NCBI GenBank assembly: GCA_054600435.1 | Contig: BAAIJX010000072.1 | Coordinates: 1 to 64,000, forward strand | DNA length: 64,000 nucleotides | Source: Neophaeotheca triangularis | Lineage: Eukaryota | Direction of reading: 5' to 3' | Shown: positions 59,602 to 64,000 of the stretch, one piece after another | Numbering within the stretch: the stretch's first letter is position 1 | Layout of the letters: every line of letters starts with the position of its first letter | Program-made: the position numbers and the translations under genes | The notes under the pieces: model-generated | What the model saw: only the letters and a program-made list of their open reading frames with translations | Database searches by the model: none | Told to the model about the DNA's origin: nothing

Positions 59602-61041
59602 ATGAGCTTTCCTAACTTTGGCGAAACCGGCGCGCAGCCTCAGCAGCCCGGTGAAGAGCAAGGCGCGTTCGGCGCACCAGGCGCACCTCAGCAACAGTCA
59701 ATGGCCCCACCCCAGATGGACCCCTCTCAGCAGCAGGGTCAGTTCCCTGGCGCGCCCCAAGGTGGCCCTCCTCCAGGCTCTGCCGGCCCTCAGTCTGGCG
59801 GCGATCAAAAGACTACACTCTGGTATGATACACAAAGCGCGCAAGGAATGCGAAAAGTGAAGGATTTGTACGGATAGCTGACGATTTTTTGCGCAGGATG
59901 GGTGAGCTCGAGCCCTGGATCGATGAGAACTTTGTTAGGAGCGTATGGTTCGGCATGGGCTACCAGGTCAACGTCAAGATGATCAGGGACAAGTTTTCTG
60001 GGTACGTTTGAAACTTGTCAATGCCGTTGCGAATTTGGTGCAGATTGCTGACTACAAGACAGCAGTAACGCTGGCTACTGCTTCGTTGATTTCGAGAGCT
60101 CCGATGCCGCAGCCAAGGCTCTCCAGCTCAATGGCCAGGTCATCCCCAACTCCAACCGTCAGTTCAAGCTCAACTGGGCCAGCGGTGGTGGTCTTGCCGA
60201 CCGCAGCCGCGACGACCGTGGTCCCGAGTTCTCCATCTTCGTCGGCGATCTCGGCCCAGAGGTCAACGAGTACGTCCTCATGTCGCTCTTCCAGGGCAAG
60301 TACAACTCTTGCAAGTCGGCCAAGATCATGTCAGACCCCATCAGCGGCCTTTCGCGCGGCTACGGGTTTGTACGCTTCGCCGACGAGGGTGACCAGCAGC
60401 GCGCTCTCCACGAGATGCAGGGTGTCTACTGCGGCAACCGTCCCATGCGCATCTCCACCGCGACTCCCAAGAACAAGGGCGGAGCTGGTGGCGGTGGCAA
60501 CCCCGCTGCCATGGGTGGCGGCATGCCCGGCAACCCCGGTATGGGCATGTACTCGATGGGCGCCCCACCCATGGGCTACTACGGTGCGCCGCAACCCATG
60601 AACCAATTCACGGACCCCAACAACACAACCGTCTTCGTCGGCGGCCTCTCCGGCTATGTGACCGAAGACGAGCTTCGCTCCTTCTTCCAGGGCTTCGGCG
60701 AAATCACCTACGTCAAGATTCCTCCCGGCAAGGGCTGCGGTTTCGTGCAATTCGTCCAGCGCCACGCCGCCGAGATGGCCATCAACCAGATGCAGGGCTA
60801 TCCCATCGGGAACTCGCGCGTGCGTTTGAGCTGGGGCCGCTCGCAGAACAACTCCGGCCCAGCCGGTACCCCTTACAGGCCTGCGCCCCCGCCGCCAGTC
60901 TACCCTAGCATGGGCATGCCGCCGCAAGCGCACCCGTACGGCAACTTTGCTCCTATGAAGGTGAGTCTTTACCCCACATTCTTTTACCCAAGCCATCATC
61001 GAGAGCATCAATTCTGACTTGGCTAATAGCCCTTCCAGTAA
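59602..61041 (+). CDS. Triple-RRM mRNA-binding protein, Nam8/Ngr1/Csx1 family
   Basis: Exons 59602-59822, 59897-60001, 60063-60960, 61039-61041. RRM1 TLWMGELEPWIDE..NAGYCFVDF..FKLNWA, RRM2 SIFVGDLGPEV..SRGYGFVRF, RRM3 DPNNTTVFVGGL..GKGCGFVQF..VRLSWGRS. Confidence 0.92.
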
Positions 61042-61830
61042 ACCACAACAACACGGAAAATCAAGAAACACTTTCCCAACGCCTGACGCCCACCATATTT
61101 TTCAACGACCATCACAAAGCAAGCCATGCCAAATGTTCCAGCGAAACTACAAAATCCCCCTCTATTTCTGGTGTCTTCGTTCTCACAAAAAACCTGAAGT
61201 TGAGGTAGCACTTTAGCGGGAGTTTGGGAGGTCTCCGTTATGTTTGTTGTTGTTGTTGATTGCCGTTGTCGTTGAAATTGTCGTTGCAGCGGGAGCGGGC
61301 GTGTGGGTTGGCGTGGGGGGTTTTTCAAAGACAAGCGACATGCCTTTCTTTAGGTAGTTAGTGATGTTGGGGTGGGAGGGGAGAAATTGATCTTTTTTGT
61401 ATCCCTTTTCTCTATTCCTTCGTGTCCCTCTCTCTCCCTCTCTTTCTCTCTCTTTTTCTCTTTGAAACTTCCAGTCTATGCAGCGCTTACTTTCCAGTGT
61501 TGGATTGATACTTTTGTCGTCGACGACTAGAGCGAGGGGAAGGGGTGGGACATGCGGTGTAGCAGGAGGATATGGTTTCAAGGTTTGTAAACCGATTCCG
61601 ATGAAGTCTCTTGCCCCTTTTACCCTCCCTTCTTTCATTTCTTTTCTCTCTTCCTTTTACCCTCACAGTCGTCATTTTTCAACTCGACAGCTTGAATCCT
61701 CCGCTCGTGACTGCGCTTTGCAAGCCACTGTGCCATCGATCGCCACGCAACGTCCTCTATTCTTCTCCACGGCCCGCGATATCGGTAATGGTTCATGCCG
61801 TCGTCGATATTGCTTAATTACCCCCTTTTT

Positions 61831-61888
61831 CCTCTCCTCTCCTCTCCTCCCCTCTCCTCTCCTCTCCTCTCCTCCCCTCTCCTCTCCT
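61831..61888. repeat. (CCTCT)n polypyrimidine repeat
   Basis: About 11 near-perfect copies; pure pyrimidine strand. Confidence 0.9.
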
Positions 61889-63040
61889 TTCCTTCTGCTG
61901 CTTGCCCTCGATTTCCTCCCGGTTCTGCGTTCTTTCCCCCTCCCTCCCTCTTCTCCGTTTGACACGGCTCAAGTCTCCTTGTTTGTGCACTCTTGCTACT
62001 TTGCATGACGGCTTGGTCGGCGGTGGTTGTGGGTTTGGTTCCCTGGCTTTCTCGCCGTTGGGGGAGGGGGTGTTGTTTGTAGGGGGCGTGAGTGGGATGA
62101 TTTGGGATGGGGTTGGGGTTGAAGGGGGTTATTGGTCGTGGGTTTTGTCGGGGGGTGGGGAGGAAGGAGTCTGGCTGCGCGAGTTGGGGTGGTGGCGTGA
62201 GGAGTGGGTTCGTGGTTGGGGGTTACTGGATTTCATGGGATGTGGATTCTGGTGGGTCGGGGGGGATGGGGTGGTTGGTGAAGGGGCCAAGGTCTGATGG
62301 GAGCGTTCAGGATAGTGGAGGTTGATAGGGGGGGTTTTGATGAGGGGGTGTGGTTATGGTCTTTGGTTCGGGGACTGAGGCGGTTGGTGTTGGATACTTG
62401 CTCTTGAGACTGGTTTTGGAGGTCGACTGCAGTCGTCGCGAGGGAGCGAGATCTGAGTCTGTTGCTGCTGCAGGCTATCTACATGGGGACGGGGGGTTCG
62501 CATTGGTTTTCCATGCGCTACCGAGTTGACTATGTCCGTTGGTGAGTACCCCTTTTCTTCCAAGCTTCAGACCTCCTTTTGCTTGCTTTTCCTGCCTTCG
62601 ACTTGGTGTATGTGAGGTGAGGTGAAGTGAGGTGAGGTGAGGTTGAAACCGGCAAAGCTTTGCACCTGCCCCGTCCAGCAGTTTCGTTCCTTCCTCCTTG
62701 AAGGACCTCGTCCCTTCTACTTTCTACTCGATACTTGCCACCCGCACGCCAAAGCTCGTGCCTTCCACGCTCTGCGACTTCCCCAGACTTACCTTGCCTT
62801 ACCTTACCTTACCGCATCCTAGGCGCGCGACCTACCTAGCCCCGTCCTCTCGACCTCTGCGACCCACCTTCACCTAACCTACCCCTCTCACGCAACGACA
62901 TCGCGACATCTCATCCACCACAGACTCACCACCTTACTTACCTCGCTCATCCAACACACACGACAACTTTATCCACACCGCGCAACGCATTGCACCGCAC
63001 CGTACCGCACCGCACTGTATTGCATCTCATCCCCGCCAGC

Positions 63041-64000
63041 ATGCGCTACCAAGACTGGGACATCCTGCTCTTCCCCTCGGGCGACCACGTGCCGGTACAA
63101 GAGTTCAAGACGGCTTGTTACGCTGTGCGCGACACCTTCAACAATGGAGCTGGTGGTGGTAAGTCTTCGCCTAAATTCTCCCAATCCTAGAGATGGAAAG
63201 GAAGAAATGAAATGCTAACAGCTAGCGTGATTTGTAGGTGGCGATTTGATGCCTCTCCTGACTTCCTTTATCCCCTCTCTCCCTGCCGGCTCGCCTTTTG
63301 CCATTTCGGTGCACTCGTGGAGCCAGCAGTCGCCCGTCCCGAACAATGAGATCGACTTGTCCGCTTTGGCGCTGGAGTGGCAGATCAAGGTCACGGTGGA
63401 TGGATATGTGGTTTGGTAAGTTGTAATCCCTGTGCGTATTGCTAACATGACTACCTACTAACGCTCTTCGCCCCAGCAAAGAACACCTCCCCGCCAACAC
63501 GGTCTGGCCCAAGGTCGTCAGTCGTAAGGAACCACTCTTTTCTCCTCCTCCTGAAAACATCGATCCGAGTCTAACCACGCCATCAGCGGCCGGCCAGGAC
63601 GTGGAGATTCGCGCCAAATTGTCGTTTCCGGCTTTCGACCCTGCTGTACTTTCACAACACCTCTGGAGCCCAATCGATCAGGCTGGTCGTATCAAGATTG
63701 AGATCCTGGGCGGCTACTCTCGTGAAAGGAATGGGGATATGGAGTTCATGAGACTGGCAAATATCGCGACCTTTGCGTTTCAGCCGGCGCCAATTGGTGA
63801 GTTTGCCCTTCTCCTTTGGCGAGATTGAATGCTTCTGCGTTGCAATTTACAAATGCTGACAATTTACAGAACTCCTCGAGCGCAACAGGATTGCCTGGCC
63901 GAACCCGTCCATGTTCACCAACCCGCTCAACTCACAAGGTCCCCTTACAACGCCTGTAAGTGGGTTGCCAGGTTCTGCCGATGGTCGTTCGAAAAACTAC
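63041..64000 (+). CDS. Conserved fungal hypothetical protein (runs off the window)
   Basis: Exons 63041-63158, 63238-63415, 63477-63523, 63587-63796, 63870 to beyond 64000, all in frame. MRYQDWDILLFP...VQEFKTAC, PLLTSFIPSLPAGSPFAISVHSW, LSFPAF, GRIKIEI, FAFQPAP.ELLE...IAWPNPSMF. Confidence 0.8.

Overview
Gene-dense, intron-containing, transposon-free stretch of a filamentous ascomycete genome. It looks Dothideomycete-like, but that is inferred from gene content and style only. About 21 protein-coding genes were reconstructed by hand from GT..AG introns with CTRAC/CTAAY branch sites, plus one frameshifted pseudogene. In order: TinA/Msd1-like ADIP coiled-coil protein, scytalone dehydratase (DHN-melanin), EsdC-like glycogen-binding protein, a divergent pair of L-rhamnonate dehydratase and RhaR-like Zn2Cys6 regulator, an isocitrate-lyase/PEP-mutase-superfamily lyase, a conserved hypothetical protein, a Ysc84/SYLF protein, a low-complexity membrane-anchored protein, a Rab4/Ypt4-like GTPase, a Clr5-domain protein, an F-box-like protein, a GST, a DUF3431 protein, a Laa2/DUF5102-like protein, a Pmp3-family proteolipid, an NmrA/isoflavone-reductase pseudogene, a GH10 xylanase, a divergent sterol C24-methyltransferase, a 14-3-3 protein, a Nam8/Ngr1/Csx1-like triple-RRM protein and a truncated hypothetical gene. 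Most notable observations: (1) a reduced rhamnose locus with an uncharacterised ICL-family lyase next door, where both enzyme promoters carry CGG-N11-CGG; (2) a Pmp3-family protein that, after splicing, ends in a natural GGGS-HHHHHH-stop; (3) recurrent sharp C/A-rich to G/T-rich strand-skew switches inside most genes; (4) atypical catalytic motifs in the Rab and the sterol methyltransferase; (5) several regulatory-looking introns. No rRNA, tRNA, CRISPR array or mobile element was recognised. All family assignments are from motif recognition; no database search was run.
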